Below are positions 1 through 14,600 of a DNA stretch of 64,000 nt, one piece after another. Position numbers and translations under genes: made by a program. Within the stretch, counting starts at the first letter, position 1; every line of letters starts with the position of its first letter. A model generated the notes under the pieces. It was given only the letters and a program-made list of their open reading frames with translations. It ran no database searches and was not told the DNA's origin. Source of the stretch: Azolla caroliniana (Eukaryota > Plantae > Polypodiophyta); the NCBI GenBank assembly GCA_043228905.1, contig JBHGNT010000004.1, forward strand, positions 17,918,001 through 17,982,000. Direction: 5' to 3'.

Positions 1-1440
1 GAGACTGCTCATGAGCCACATTTCTCTCAATTCATCTTTGATTGTCTTTCCCTGGGCCGAAATATAGGAGCTTAGACTTTCATGCTCGTTCAAGTGTGCC
101 TTGACCAAGTCAGAATCTTTCATCCGAAGGTTGTAGAGACGTCGGATCAGATATATCTTTGTGGTGGCGACCTTACCTTCATAAGTGTTTGAGAGCATCT
201 TCCATAGTTGGAAGGCAGTCGAACAGGATTGCACTGTGAAGTACAATGACTCCGATAGGTGCATCCGAATGGTGGCTCACACAATTCTATCAGGTTTCAT
301 CCACTCATTCAACTTGATTCCTTCTAGAGGGTTTTCGTTCTCGATTGGATATCTTTGACCCTTGACTATTAGATAGTCTGGCATCTGCTCCTTCCAAAAG
401 TTCAAGTTCAATCCGTCGAACTTCCTTAGACTCATCTCTGATGAGCTGGATGTTGATGCCATCTATGTCGGCTTGTTAGACTATGTTCGGAGTTGACTAC
501 AAACAGTGGAAGGGTGTAGTCAATTGGCTCACCCAAATTCGTTCTAGTCGGATTTGGGCACGAGCTCGCCGATTGGATTTCGAATGACTATTGGATGCTA
601 AGTTTTCCCAAAATGGCTACAGTGAGTGGAGGGACAAACCCGATTGGTCCTCCCGAATATCTTTTAGTCAAGTTGAGCACAACTATATGTCAAATAGGTT
701 CTAAATACCACTTTTAGAGGTTGATCACAAATTGTGTGTCATTTTTCTAGGCCAATCTTGCTTCGGATGACTACAACAACAAGAGGGACAGACCTTACTA
801 ATCTTCCCGAGTGTCGTCTAGTCGAATGAGGCAAGGATGGGGTTGTTCTTGAGACCAATTCTACTTCAAGTAGTTACAATAAGGAGATGGACAACGCCAG
901 ATGGCCTGAGCACGATTTATAGTTGGATGGATGGAGAGAACTCACTTCGAGTGGTTACAATGACGAGGGCGAAGTACAACCAACTAGCCTACTTCAGGAG
1001 TGATTTTACTCAGTGAAGTGCAGATGTGCAAGTGTCTTTCTCTTCTCAAGATGAGATCGTGAACTCAAGCTCTTCAAGAAAACAGCGGTAAGAATGTTGT
1101 TCAAGACAGATGACAACCGGCAGCAACAAGCTGAATACCCTCAACTCTGATACTAAATGTTGGAGTCTAAGACCGTCATTGCGAAAACAAGAACAACATT
1201 TATTCTTAGAAGATCACCAAGTTAGCATGGTAGAGTAAGATCAAGAAGATAGAGTGAGAGAGAGAGACAAAGACAGACATACAGACAGACAGACAAAGAC
1301 ATGACAATAGCACACAATATATAACTGTATTATTTGAACTCAAAGTTACAATAGAATGGAGACAACAACCTTTCAAGCTAGGTTACAAAGCTCGTTTTAT
1401 ATTAACTAGGCTAGGGCAACTGCCCTTTGACATATTTACA
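1..1440 (-). mobile_element. Ty1/Copia LTR retrotransposon, 5' part (LTR remnant, PBS, degenerate gag), truncated by the window edge
   Basis: ORF 277-462 (KFDGLNLNFWKEQM...) is a Copia gag N-terminus. The tRNA-iMet-type PBS (minus strand TAGTATCAGAGT) is at 1144-1155, next to the LTR end at 1158. The far LTR boundary is uncertain. Confidence 0.75.
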
Positions 1441-2329
1441 GAATTGTCCTAAACCTAGTCTCTCCAAGGGACAGTGTGAATACGGCCATTAGACACCCGT
1501 ATTCAACAACGGGCGGAGTAGCCGGTGGAGAAAGAGCCACTACAACAAAGGACCGAAGGGGAGGAACCACCACGAATAGTAGAGGACGAATAACAATAGG
1601 CGGAAACTCAGCAAGACAGGACGAAGGACAGACAACCACATATTCTAGGGTTATTGGAGGAAAGCTAAGGGCATGTGGGTTTGATGTGCAAGGCACGTTC
1701 CCACGGGTGTGCCAAGTGTTGCCCAGTTTAGGTGGAATCGGGGTAGAGCCAAGAAGAGGAAGTTGGAAGGATAAAATAGAACCTGAATACAGAAGCAGTG
1801 TAAATTGGATACAATATGAACCGGACGCGGGACAAATATTAGAGGATATGTAGTAATTAGAAATATTAGTAGAAGCGACACATTGTAACATAAATAGATT
1901 AGAAGAGTGATTATGTTAAGGGGTGACAGATCTGGAAAGATGCATCGATCTAGATGAACATTGTTTTTGTATCAAAACCGACGACCTATATAAGGAGTCT
2001 GGATTGTATTGTTGGATATGCAAGTAATATATTATATTTGGCGGATTTGTGTTCTTGATGTCTGATGAATTTGAATGTCTAATCTTATGCATGTATTATT
2101 GTGTGTTGTTGATTGTTAATTGTTATCCGGATTGACGGATTGAATACATGGATTATTATCATACCTCCAACCACACCTTTGGATTGTATTCCGGTAAGGA
2201 GTACGAATGTGTTTGTGACTAAGTTGTTGTCCACGGTAAACAATGGTCTCCAGAGGTGAAATATGACATATGAGACTAAAGATGTAGCATTTTTATGTAA
2301 CTGTGCATGTGTGTAGTATAGATAGATAA

Positions 2330-2525
2330 AGTCTATTATCACCTTTCGAGGTCAAATATGACCTATGAGACCAAAAATATACATTTCATGAGATACATGT
2401 GAAAGTGAGTAGCGACTCTCGATGTTCAAGAACTTTACCAATGAATGATGCAATCGAGAGTGCACATTGTGGTTGTGAGAGAAATTCATGCAAGGATTGG
2501 GCATGGTTGAAGATGTGTGGAAAGC
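2330..2525. repeat. Dispersed ~190 bp repeat, copy 1 (inverted relative to copies at 3250-3416 and 18095-18255)
   Basis: Shared blocks such as CACAATGTGCACT, CTTTCAC(A/G)TGTAT and TTTGACCTC are visible in all three copies. Confidence 0.7.
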
Positions 2526-3179
2526 ATGGTCGAATAATAATGATTAAAGGCAAAGTATTGTATCAAAGTGTGATACTCAGACTCTCAAACTTATTTAAGG
2601 CAAAGTGTGCATAGTCGACCACTCTCATCCCTTGTGCCCCAACATCTCATTCTCACATCGCAATGCATGTGAGTTAAGTCGCATGCGATGGTTCGAATGG
2701 CAAACAATGGGATGGGCTTTAACATGTATAGATGTGTACGGTTTCCCTATCCTACGAAGAATATCGTTTTGTAGTTAAGTGCAACATGTGTAATATAATG
2801 TGTGAAGCATGAGCCTCCACATTTGTCACATGTCATGATACATTGGCATTGCAAAAAGGCCTCATTTAAAGACCAAATTATAGAAAGGTACGGATTTTTG
2901 GATGCGAAGCATTCACACTTGTGCCAAAAAAACGAACACCGAAAACTAGAGCCAAGTTCGAGAAAAATTATTTTTCTTGGATATGGACTTGACGGCAATT
3001 TCGGCACTTAAACTGGGCAACAACCATAAAAATATATCTTTTTTGTTATTAGCTTACCTTAATGGTAAGTTGTTAGAGTTCTAGCCTAGGTCTTGAATTG
3101 AAGACCCAACTTTCAAACCCCTCTATTACTCCATACATATGTTCTCAATTTACTTGATGTGGGGTTGAATGCATCATAT

Positions 3180-3246
<67 letters not shown>

Positions 3247-3411
3247 CCTCTCAACGCATCTTCAACCAAACCCAATCCCTTCATGAATTTCTTTCACAGT
3301 CACAATGTGCACTCTCAATCATCACATTCACTCGTAAACTTCGTGAATATCAAGGATTAGTCCCTTTCACATGTATTAAGTGAAAAATGTTTGACCTCCA
3401 AATACGATAAT

Positions 3412-3450
<39 letters not shown>
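3180..3450. repeat. (CT)n/(AT)n microsatellites flanking copy 2 of the dispersed repeat
   Basis: Read directly from the sequence. Confidence 0.85.
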
Positions 3451-3451
<1 letters not shown>

Positions 3452-4756
3452 CAACTTCACAACATATCCACTTTTTCCTCTAGCTCTAGGTCATAGATTG
3501 AGATATTCACATTCGTGGGGCCTCCCCCACGAATACCAACGAATACATATAAGAATATTTCTTCCAATATTCGTTAACTTTTTTTTCCCCTTTTTTTCCC
3601 TTTTTTTTTTTTTTGAAAAAATGCATTCGACGAGTAGCGAACAGAGAAGAGCTCTACAGGGAATAGCAATCAGAAATCAACAGGGAACAACATCAAACCT
3701 CAGCTCCTCGAAATTTAGGGTTCGATTTCGTCCTTTCCTCCTCTTGCGTAAGACATACACTCGAGCAAAACTCGGGCAAAACTCGGTAAGATGGTCTCTC
3801 TTCTACATTTCCTCATACTTTGTGATGTTTGATATCCCAACCTCCTTTCATATAATCTTCTATTTAAATTCTTATGTCTCTTGGCTGCTCAAATTTGACT
3901 AGTATTTCTTGATGCTTGTGTGTGTGGTTTAGGATTTAGGGTTTATATTTGTGCTTTTTCAAAGTTATATGGCAGATTTCGTTGTTTGGCCCAAATGTGG
4001 TCATTATATAGTTACCTCAAATTCGGATCAATCCCCGTTGCATATCTTGCTTTTGATAATTGTGTCTGGATAATGAATTTCTCCCCACCTATGCTTGGTG
4101 ATGATGAGGAATTAGAATCATATGGAAATAACTCCATGGAATATGAAGATGTTAGGAGCTATGGTGATGAAAACATATTGAAAATAATTGCATGGATTAT
4201 GAATATGTTATAGCCTATGGGTTTTTTTATCAATTGGGTCATTTAATATAGTGTATTTTCTTGCATAATTTAGTCATAGTATCCCGAGTAAATTGGTTGT
4301 GGAGGCATTCTATTTGAGACCTCTTTCTATATATTTCATAAAGAAAATTAGGGTTTGGGCAAAACTCGATAAGTCTCTCTTCTTAGTTGTCCAATAATCC
4401 ATGATTCATTCATGCAATGATCATAAGATTAGATTTTAATTAGAGGCATTGTAGGATCATCCAAACTTAATTAGATTTTAATTAGAGGCCGGATTAATGA
4501 AGATTTTGGATCAAAAAGTCTCTTAAAAAATTTCCCTAAAAATTAGGGTTTTGGCAAAGCTCATTAAGTCTCTCTTCTCATCTCAATGTTGTCCAATCTT
4601 CTGTGATTTATTCATGCTAGCATTGTAGGATTATGCAATCATAATAAATTTTAATTAGAGATAGGATTAATGAAGATTTTGGATAAGAAAGGTTTTAATT
4701 CATTTTTAGGTATCAAATTAATCTCTTTCAGGATTAGCTGAAGGTTAATTTACTAA

Positions 4757-7245
4757 ATGGTGAAACAAAAGAGCTTCGAATGGAATCATGTGGCCATTTT
4801 GAGAAAACAGGATAAGGGTATGCCTGTTGTTTAATGCAATCATTATCACCATGTATTTGTTCGTGGCCCCTTTCGAATCAGAGCTCACTTGTTGGGCTTG
4901 AAAGGTTTAGGTGTTGACAAATGCCGTCAAATTGATGCTGTTATAAAAGTTGAAGTACAAAAAATGGTATCTGGTTGTGCAAATGTTGACATGAATGATG
5001 AGTCATCAATGGATTGCAATGCTGAAAATTGTAGCACAAATGTTGATATGAATGTGGAATCAACATCTATCAATGAAATGTCTTCATCATCGTTTGGTAA
5101 TGCATCAACAAGTAAAAAGATGAAAGTAGACAATGTTGAACCTTTGAAGATGTTATGGCAAAAGCAACTTGATAAAAATGTTGATGAAGCAATCAGGAGG
5201 TTTTTTTTTGTAGAGGATATACCAGATGTAAAAGTGGGAAGTACATATTTTCGTGAATTAATAAAAGTTGTGGCACTTGCTGGGCCGTCTTATGAGCCGC
5301 CATCTCCTTATCAATTGCGCAAAAGGCACTTGAATGAAGAGGTGAAATATGTTGAAAATGAGATTATGCAAATTAGAGAAAAATGGAAAACTATTGGATG
5401 CACTGTTGTGAGCAATGGTTGGTCAGATACCAAGAATAGACCAATAATTAATGTCATGGCTACTTCTGCGTATGGCACTGTGTTTCTGAAATCAGTTGAC
5501 ACTAGTGGAGAATATAAATCAGGAGAGTATATCTTTAAGATTTTAAAGGATGTTATTCTTGATATTGGCCCATCAAATGTTGTGCAAGTTTGTATGGACA
5601 ATGCAACTAATTGTGTAGTAGCTAGGAGGATGATAGAGAAAGAGTGGCCCATGATCTTTTTTACCAGATGCACGTGTCATTGCATCGATTTGTTGTTTGA
5701 AGATATTGGAAAATGTGCTTGGGTTCATGATGTTTTGAAATTAGCTACAAAGGTAATCGTGTTTATTACATGAAAACAATATTCTTTGGCAATGTTTCGT
5801 AAGTTTAGTGAGAAAGAATTGTTAAAGCCTTCCACTACTAGATTTGCCTATAGTTTTATCATGTTGTCAAACTTATTGGATGACAGAGTCAAAGGTGGAT
5901 TAAGAAGAATGGTGGTTAGTGAACAATGGTGTCAATGGAAAGGATCAAAAACACAACTAGGAGAAGAAATAGTTTCAATTATACTTGATGCTTCTTTTTG
6001 GCCAAATATAAAGAAGATCGTAAAGATATGCAAGCCTATCCTAAAAGTTCTTAGATTGACGGATAGAGAAGGTGCAACCATGGGTTTAATTTATGAATGT
6101 GCTCATCGTATGATAGAAGAAATAAACCACATTGAAGATGTAGATCGTTTATTGCTTGATGAAATTCGGGGAATATGTATGCAAAGATGGACAATGCTAC
6201 ATTCACCATTGCATGCAACTGGCTTTATTTTGCATCCAATTTGGAGAGAAAAAATTCAAGATATTGATGAGAAGTTGAATACAAGTTGGATGGAAACTAT
6301 TATGCGGTATACTAATGGTGATATACCTTTATGTGGTGTTTTATTAGATGAATTCTATGCTTATAAAACTCAACAAAAGAGTTCATTTCAAGTTCCTATG
6401 GCAAATGATCCAACTAGAATGCATGATGCAATTAAGTGGTGGGAAACATTTGGAGCAAGTGTCATGAGATGGCAAGACTCGAACCCATGACCTTATGGTA
6501 TATGGGTCGAGCTCTTAACCATCACACCATCTATTGTAATTCATAAGATATTATTTTCATTTATGTTTTATTATAAGAAAGTAATGTATATTCCAGATTT
6601 CTCTGGAACATTCTAGAAGTTTCAGGATTACTCCTGACAACACCATAAAAGAAGGCACTAGGCATTATGTTGAACCAAATTGGTTCAACGCCAGTCTTAA
6701 GCCTCTCAGCCGCTTTGTACTTATCTTTTCACATAATATATTAGGTGCTGCCATCATTTTTCTCTCTCTCTCATCCTCGCTATCTCTCTCTCTCTCTCTC
6801 CTCTTCTCACGTCCTCTCTTGGGAATCTTACGCAGTCCCGTCCTCTCTTCTTAGTACTAATTCCATCTATACTTTAGTACTATTCCTGACAACAAGCACT
6901 CCAAACTTAAAAAGGCTTGCAATTCGTGTGCTTTCTCAAGGTTCATGTGCATCTTCTTGTGAAAGAAATTGGAGTACATTCTCATCGATAAATACAAAAA
7001 AAAGAAATAGATTGACTCATGCTCATGTTGAGAAATTGGTTTACATACATACAAATCATTGTCTCATTAGAAGAATAAAGGAAAGGGGATTATGCCTAAT
7101 TGAAGCAACATTAGATATGATCAACAAAGAAGAAGATGATGAGAGACTTTTGAGAATGCAAAATCAAGCTATTGATGAAAATGAAGCTCATAAGGACATT
7201 AGGGATGAGCTTGAAGATACGAATGATGAATGTGATAGTGCATAG
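4757..7245 (+). pseudogene. hAT transposase (BED finger remnant, DUF659-type core, C-terminal dimerization domain), disrupted
   Basis: Motifs GWSD..NRPIIN, VVQVCMDNA, CTCHCIDLLFEDI, TRFA, LHSPLH and LAIRVLSQ..SSCERNWS. In-frame stops (e.g. TGA 5771-5773) and a solo-LTR insertion at 6460-6891 that splits ...FGAS|TPNL. Confidence 0.92.
6460..6891 (+). mobile_element. Solo LTR (432 bp) related to the chromovirus LTR at 42548/47799
   Basis: TGTCA...TGACA termini. 5-bp TSD GCAAG/ACAAG with 1 mismatch. Shares the TGTTGAACC..GGTTCAAC.CCAGTCTT block with the chromovirus LTR. Confidence 0.85.
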
Positions 7246-10200
7246 ATTCTTAAATTTCGGTGCATTACTTAGTAGTTAGAAGTTAGAACCTAGAACTTAG
7301 AAATTAGAATATAACGGCTCATAATCGCTTTAATTAAAACTTTTCTTTCTTATGTTAGTGTGATTTTGAAGACCTTCCATTTTTCTATTAATTGGTGATT
7401 TTTCCTTTTTTTTTAAGTGAATTTAATAATTTTTATTATGTAAATTTATTTTCCATAAACGAATGGTTTTATAATATTCTTGGAGCAATTTTATATTCTC
7501 GAATACTACGAATATTGCGGATGTCGAATATCACGCATATCACGCATGGGTCAATCTATGCTCTAGGTATTTCCACATACAACCTTGTCACAACCCTAGT
7601 AATCTATGTTAACTCAACCATCATTGTTAGTAGCCTACCATGAGTATATACATAGAGGGCATACATCATATTTATGTTATGATAGAAGGAAGAAACATAC
7701 AATGGTGACGATCATTATTGGAATAAATTCATGATGGATTGAAATCATAATTCCTTGCCTAACTATTTGACTTTTATCTATGACATATTTATAATAGAAT
7801 ATATTAATGTATATGTGTATAACTACCCTATGTGCAATAAAACTTAGTGATCAACATCCATAAAATATACCTATGGACTCCATGTGTTGAACATGTTTTA
7901 TAACATTACAAAAGTGTTGAAGATTCTATACACATAATCACTAGCCATATCATAAATATCTCTTGGGTAAATGTTCATTCTATAATGTATGTTTAACCTA
8001 TTTCAGTTATTTGAGTTGATGGATAAGAATCTCAATTTTGTCGAGATATGATGTTTGGAATATATTAAGACTTACCAAGGAAAACATTATTGTCACATAG
8101 TCCAAGAACCATAGAAGAAAGTAAACCATAATTTTATCATGACAATTACATCACATGTTTAAAAATGGATAAGAAGAATTGGGAGTGATAGTTGATTGGT
8201 AATTGTATGATGGAATAGGAAGTGTAAAGATAACGTGCACAGACAGTTAAAGATCTAACACATGTATAACAAAGAGGTTGGAGTTCTGAATCTTGGAAGA
8301 ACCATATACATATGAATATATTAAACTATGAGTATGAATCCTTTATTTTTATCTATTAGAATTAGAAGTTAATTATTTTAAGCCTTTTGGCTTTGTTTTC
8401 TTTACTCTTCCTATTTCCCAAATGAGGGAGGGGTCCACATCTCCGGCATTATTTTTTTACAGCTCCCCTTCTTTTATTGATATTCTTAATTTAAATTCCA
8501 AACTACGTCTATTTGGAAAGCTACATAACAATTCTCTTAACAAACATTGGATAACATCTCTCAAATTTTGAAGGTGCACGAGATGATTTAAATCACACAT
8601 TTGACATTGTAAAATATACATCATATTATGCATTGTGTTATTTTGTAAAAGAAACATGTACAAACTTTTGGTATCGAGGTAAGACTAACTCTTGCACTAT
8701 AATTCTATGTACCTAAAACATGCATTGAATTTTCTATTTGTAAATACTCTATGATATTACTAAATCAAATCATCCTTGTCTTTACACCAACCAAAACTTG
8801 TTGAAAATCATAGCCAATGGGGCACAATTCTTTCCTTGGCTAGGCAACTTAGTAGTGATCTATGAAGTGCATGTGGTAAAGTTTTAGGTGAGAAAAAAAA
8901 AGTTTGTAGTTGAATTTACAGCAGAAAGAGCCATAGGAACATTCAAACTCTCTTTGAACGATAACACTTGATAATCTGTAAAAGGCTTTGTGGTAGGTAA
9001 AGAACATTTCATGCTTTAAAAATATATACAACAAATCTTTTAATGCAAGGCCAACAACTAGGCATTTACTACATGATGTACGATTCAAATGGAGTGGTTG
9101 CATTGTCAGTGTAAGGATGGAAGAAGCAAGGTCGTGCAACAATCAAAAGCAAGTGCCACCTTATGCCAATTGTCATTAACAAACACAATATGTGATGTAA
9201 ATATGGGTGTAAACGAGATTGCAAAAGGAGAAAAGTGCAAAAAAATACAATATGGCATATACATAATGGGTAGGTTGAAAACAATGAGTGCAAAGTTAAT
9301 TTGGGAATTCAAGAAGGCTCACAAGAGACATGAGTCCCTAGTGCTCACTATAACATAAAGAACAATCTCCAAAAGCGTATACCCCTCCATCCAAAGCTAT
9401 GAAGACAGAGCAACAATTACATGTGGTAATTTTTGCACATGGAATATAATTAAGAAGCTCCAATGTCCCAAATTGAATCACTTCCTATGGTTATGATCAT
9501 AGAATGAACCATACGTACCATACGTGCATTTGCATTCGAGAATGATTCAATCAAACATGTATGGTAAATCATCTCAAAATTGGATTGGATTTATAAGTTG
9601 GAAAAATAAATAAAGATTGGAATTTAAAAAAATGACTATGGTCTATATTATATATTGATTGAATCAAATGTCAACACAATTGAAAGTTCAAAACTTAGGA
9701 ATTACTTTACTAAACATTAGAAAGCGCGAACGTAAAAAACAAATAATTCAAAGACATAATTGTATTGATGATGAGCTCATCTTGTAATTGTTCTCATCTC
9801 GCAACTAGTGAAGGTATCAATTTCTTCACTTTAGAACTTTACAAAAAAATGAGCATGAACTATAGAGATTGAATGAAAATATGCCATTATAAATTATAAT
9901 CTAATGTTCAAAAACTCATAAAATGTATATTCCAGAATATGAAGAAAACATGACACTAACATAAAATTTTACTATGACATGACACTAACGAGAGACAAAG
10001 AGAGGTCAAAAAATTGACATTCAAACCCGAGACATAGGTAGTAGTAGCTTAACAACATACTACTAGGGTGAGCTAATTCCTAGTGATAAAAAAGGTAAAA
10101 GAGAAAAAAACAGAAATACGCATTTTTCTCTTTTCAAACGTGTTCCTTTCCAAACGTTTTCAAAGTTAACATTTGTATGCTTGCACGAACACATTTATTA

Positions 10201-11615
10201 CGTTCTATGGTCATGATGATAACACCAAAAGAGGGGTTGGCATGTACACTTGCAAGAGTATTAGGGGGAACACTAATGCTTGCATGTATAAATATATTGA
10301 CTTGACACATTTAATTAAATGCACTCAATGAGCGTTCAAGAGTTAACATCAAGTTTTACTCTAATTTAATTGATGATGCAAATATTTTATTATACTTTGG
10401 GCACATGTGTTTTTATGAAGGCAAGAGTTTGTGCCCCATGATGGTGAGTTTCATAGCCTCATTCTCAACAAGCGCATGATCATCTTAGACTTTGTGTGAC
10501 ACATTTTCATAATTAAATCCAAGTGTTAGTTAGAGAGTATTTTCACAAAATGAGTAAAGATGTCAATGATGATGGTGCTAAAGTGCAAACAAACTTGGTC
10601 AATAAAGGAAAATAGCTTAAATAGAGATATGAGAAAACATGTCCATGATACATATGTTGACCTGCCTACAAAGAATAAAGGCAATGATGAATAGGTTAAG
10701 AAAGACGAGTAACTTTATTCTCGCTAATATAGCAACAAAAGCTCCAAAATTAGCATGAAAACTTGTTCAAGTTTCATAGTGTCAATAGTCCTTTGTCATT
10801 ATAATGAGCAACCCTCAATCCACATTCACAAGTAATGTCTATTGCAAAGTTTTTAATAAATTTGACCCTTACTACGCATCATCCTTGGTCTAGGAGATTT
10901 TAGAAATAGACCTAACCTGGTTTTGGAATCTAAGTTTACATCTTTGAAAACTGGTAAGAATGTTTCTTGTGTCTTTTTTCCATTTGCTCACACAATTTCA
11001 AGGCATTATTGGAATTATAGTTATAATTCGTGTATGACGTTCTAAAACAAGAACTCTACTTGCAATCAATTTACTTAAGAAAATTATTTCTTGACGATAT
11101 TTGATGCTTAAAGTTGCACAAGACCACATTCAAAGTGCTCAAAAAGAACTAATGTCAATTCCAAGTGAAGACCTCCCTTGCTCTAGCTCAATAGCCCTCT
11201 CTCTCCCTCATAAATAATGGCTTTCATTACGAAAGAAAAAAACACCACCATGACTAACTACAAAGTATAGAACCCTTATAGGGAGCTAAATACTACTACG
11301 ACTCCAAACTCAATGCCCCCCTACAAACCAATTCAAATCACGAATATGATGATATGTGACCTTGCATAGCTCTCTGTCCACAAAATCCAACATACTTCGT
11401 CAAGAATGATTAACTATCAAAGCCCCTGCACATTTGACATCCCTTTCAGAATTAATTACATTCTACCAATTAGCTTCAACCTTCATATTTCCAAGCTTAA
11501 TTCCGTTCTTCTCTATAAAGTATGCCACCATTTCTGTCCAAGGTTTTACACCTTTAGAAATAAATTGAATGAAAGTAAATCGATGAGCGACCATATGCTC
11601 ATATAGATTCAATAT

Positions 11616-14600
11616 TGATGAACATATATGCGCGGAAGTGTGTATTAGGACTTGTCAAGAAGTACTCAGCAAACAACACAAAAAGAGTGAAGACAAGAAG
11701 ATAGACATGCTGTTAAGCTTTAATGGAAGCTTTGTTATTTCTGTTCTCTCTTTCTCTCAAAGACTCAAGATACAATAAAGATCAAGAAGCTCATATTACA
11801 ACGTTAGGTTACTCAAGCTCTAGCTATTGGACGTGTTCACACTACTAAGGATACAAAGCAGAAGGAGCCGGCCTTTTATGCCAACAAACTCCCCCGTAAA
11901 ACGACTACTCTTACTTATTACAATTATATGGGGTTATCTCCCCCGTAAACCTAGATTACAATTTTAATCTAAAGTTATGGTTACAAGTCAGTCGTCATCT
12001 AGCCGAGTCAACAAGGATAATGTCGATATTCTGCCTAACCTCCTGCCTTGTGTTTGGCTTTCATCTGCTTGGTCGCTTGTTGTTGTCCCATCTTTGTCTT
12101 TAGTGCTCCGAAGCGTTGATCTGAGAGTGGCTTCGTTAGGCAATCAACGATGTTCACCTCGATGTCGATCTTCCGGACTTCAACCTTCTTCTCGTTTACA
12201 AGCTCCCAGATATGATGATAATGCACCTCAATATGCTTTATCTTCTTGACATGATAGACGGGATTATTGAGGAGTTTTATTGTGCTCTATGAGTCACAAT
12301 AGATGGTCGGCGTTGGATGGTCGATTCCACTTGTCGCTAAGAAGTCGGCTGACAGTCGGTACAACAAGATTGTTTCCTTTGTTGCCTTTGATGCTACTAT
12401 GTACTCGGTCTTTGTGGTAGACAGAGTCGTGCACTCTTGTAGTTTCGACCTCCATGATATGGCACCATCGCCATAGGTGAAAACATAGCCTGATGTCAAC
12501 TTCCGATTGTCTGAATTCCCAGCGTAATCAGAATCGGTGTAGCCTTCGACTTCGGTCAGGTTTGCCGATCCGAAAGTCAACTATGCATCTTTGGTCCCTC
12601 TCAGGTACTTGAAGATGTGGTTGACGGCCTCCCAATGCTTCCGTCCTAGGTTTGACATATATCAGCTGACGACCCCTACGACATAAGCAAGATCAGGTCG
12701 AGTCGCCACAATCACATACATGATACTTCCTACGGCCAATGCATAGGGTATCTTTCCATTAAGCTCTTTCTCCTCATCCATCGAAGGAGAGTCTCTGTCT
12801 GATAGTCAGATGGGTGTCGGAAGCTGTATTGGTGTTGGCTTTGTGTTCTCCATGATGAAGCACTTCGGCACCTTTCGAATATAGTCGGACTTGGAGATTT
12901 GGAGAGCCTTTGTTGTCCGATTTCACTCTATCCTCATGCCCAATATGTGTCGGGCTTGTCCTAGTTCCGTCATCGCGTACTTGTCGTGAAGGCTCCGCTT
13001 TAGCTTTCTGATTCCGTCTTGATTGCTCCCTACAATCAACATGTCGTCGACATATAGGATCAGGGACTCATTGGCCAATTGCCGAGTATATAGACATGGG
13101 TCGCAGTCAGATCGGCGGTATCCAGGTTGCCTAATGTAGGAGTCAAATTTCTGGTTTTCAGCCATAAAGGCTTTTCTTCAATCGGCATACGAGGTGACTT
13201 TCGTCCCCCATCGCCGTGAAGCCTGCCGGTTGAAACATGTAGGAATGTCGTCTTGACGTCCAGTTGTTCTAGCTCTAGGTCTTCTGTCGCCACGACCCCT
13301 AGTAGGAGTCGAAGGGTGGTCATCTTGATTAGTGGAGATAATTTCTGATCGTAGTCGACTCCATGTTCTTGCTTGAAGCCCTTCACGACGAGCCAAGCTT
13401 TGTACTTGGGCTTCTTTGAGTCAGATACATATTTGTGTCTGAAAACCCATTTGCAGGACAATACCTTTCTACCAGTTGGTAGTCGACCAACTCCCATGTA
13501 TTGTTCTGATGGATCGAGTCCATCTCGGATCTCATGGCTTGTAGCCATGTATCAGTACTCGGTGCGACTATAGCTTCTTTGTATGTGCTTGGTTTGCCTG
13601 CATCATTACGGTTGACGTAGTCAAGGCCTAGTTGGTAGAACTCTATTGGCCTTCGAACTCGTCTGGATCTCCTAGGTGCCGTATTGATTGGTTCGGATAC
13701 TTCGATCGGCTTTTTCGGTCAATTGTTACTTGCTGAACTGGTTATATCAGGAATCTTGTTGGGTGACTTGCCCCTTTGATAGGATTTCGGCGAGGTCACA
13801 TCATCCTCCCCTTCTTCAGGAGTGGGGAACTTAGCCGACTCAGATATGTTTTTCCCTTTGACCTTGGGTGTCTTAGTTGGGTCGACTCTGTCGTCTCCAG
13901 CTTGCACCTTGTTTACTTTGCCTTTTGTGACTCCTGTCGATTCATCTTTGTCTTTGATGGATTTTTCTTCAAGTTCGACTAATGGACATCCTACCGATTT
14001 AGAGTCGGCGGGTGTGTTGTCGACTTGGTCGAGTTCAACTGTTTGTCGAATCTTTGATTCGGCCTGGTGGGTCGGTCTTTCTACGATGTCTCTATCAACT
14101 TCGAAGTAGACATTTTTACCAACTATTTTCTGCTGGTTCCTCGAAGAGAGAATAGAGTCTTCATTGAAGACCATGTCACTGCTCCGGATCAATTTCTGGT
14201 TCTCTGGGTCCCATAGCTTGTAGCCGAATTCCCCATCGGTTCCATAACCAAGAAATATGCATTTCGTTGCATAAGGTGCCAACTTGGTCCTTTTCTCCCT
14301 AGGGATGAATGCGTAGGCTTCGCATCTGAATATACGGATCCTATCGTAGGTCGACTGTTTGCTTGACCATAGTGCCTATGGCACTTCAAGCCTGATTGCT
14401 TTTGATGGCGACAGATTGATCAGATATATTTCCATCTATAATGCTTCGACCAAGAACTCTAGCTTTAGTCCATCTTGTTGGAGCATTGCCGTCACCCTCT
14501 CCTAGACCGTTCAGTTGATCCTTTCTGCCACTCCATTCTGCATAGGTGTGTATGGAACGGTCTTTTGGTGCCGGATCCCTTTGTCGGACAAGTACTGTTT

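Larger units (their letters stand above)
3492..7560 (+). mobile_element. hAT DNA transposon, full boundaries
   Basis: 10-bp TIRs CATAGATTGA/TCAATCTATG. Perfect 8-bp TSD CTCTAGGT at 3484-3491 and 7561-7568. Subterminal CGAATA repeats. Confidence 0.93.

Noticed and set aside
1436-2180. ORFs 1436-1891 and 1476-1853, and a possible LTR starting near 1914
   Set aside because: Low-complexity translations with no recognisable domain; no partner LTR or TSD found.
2900-3011. Copia integrase C-terminal fragment (KLEPSSRKIIFLGYG)
   Set aside because: Too short and isolated to delimit as an element.
3050-3135. Possible tRNA-derived SINE head before the microsatellite
   Set aside because: A and B boxes are too degenerate to support a call.
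7600-11600. Possible highly decayed hAT-like transposase on the minus strand
   Set aside because: Only vague motif echoes; no sustained frame, TIR or TSD.
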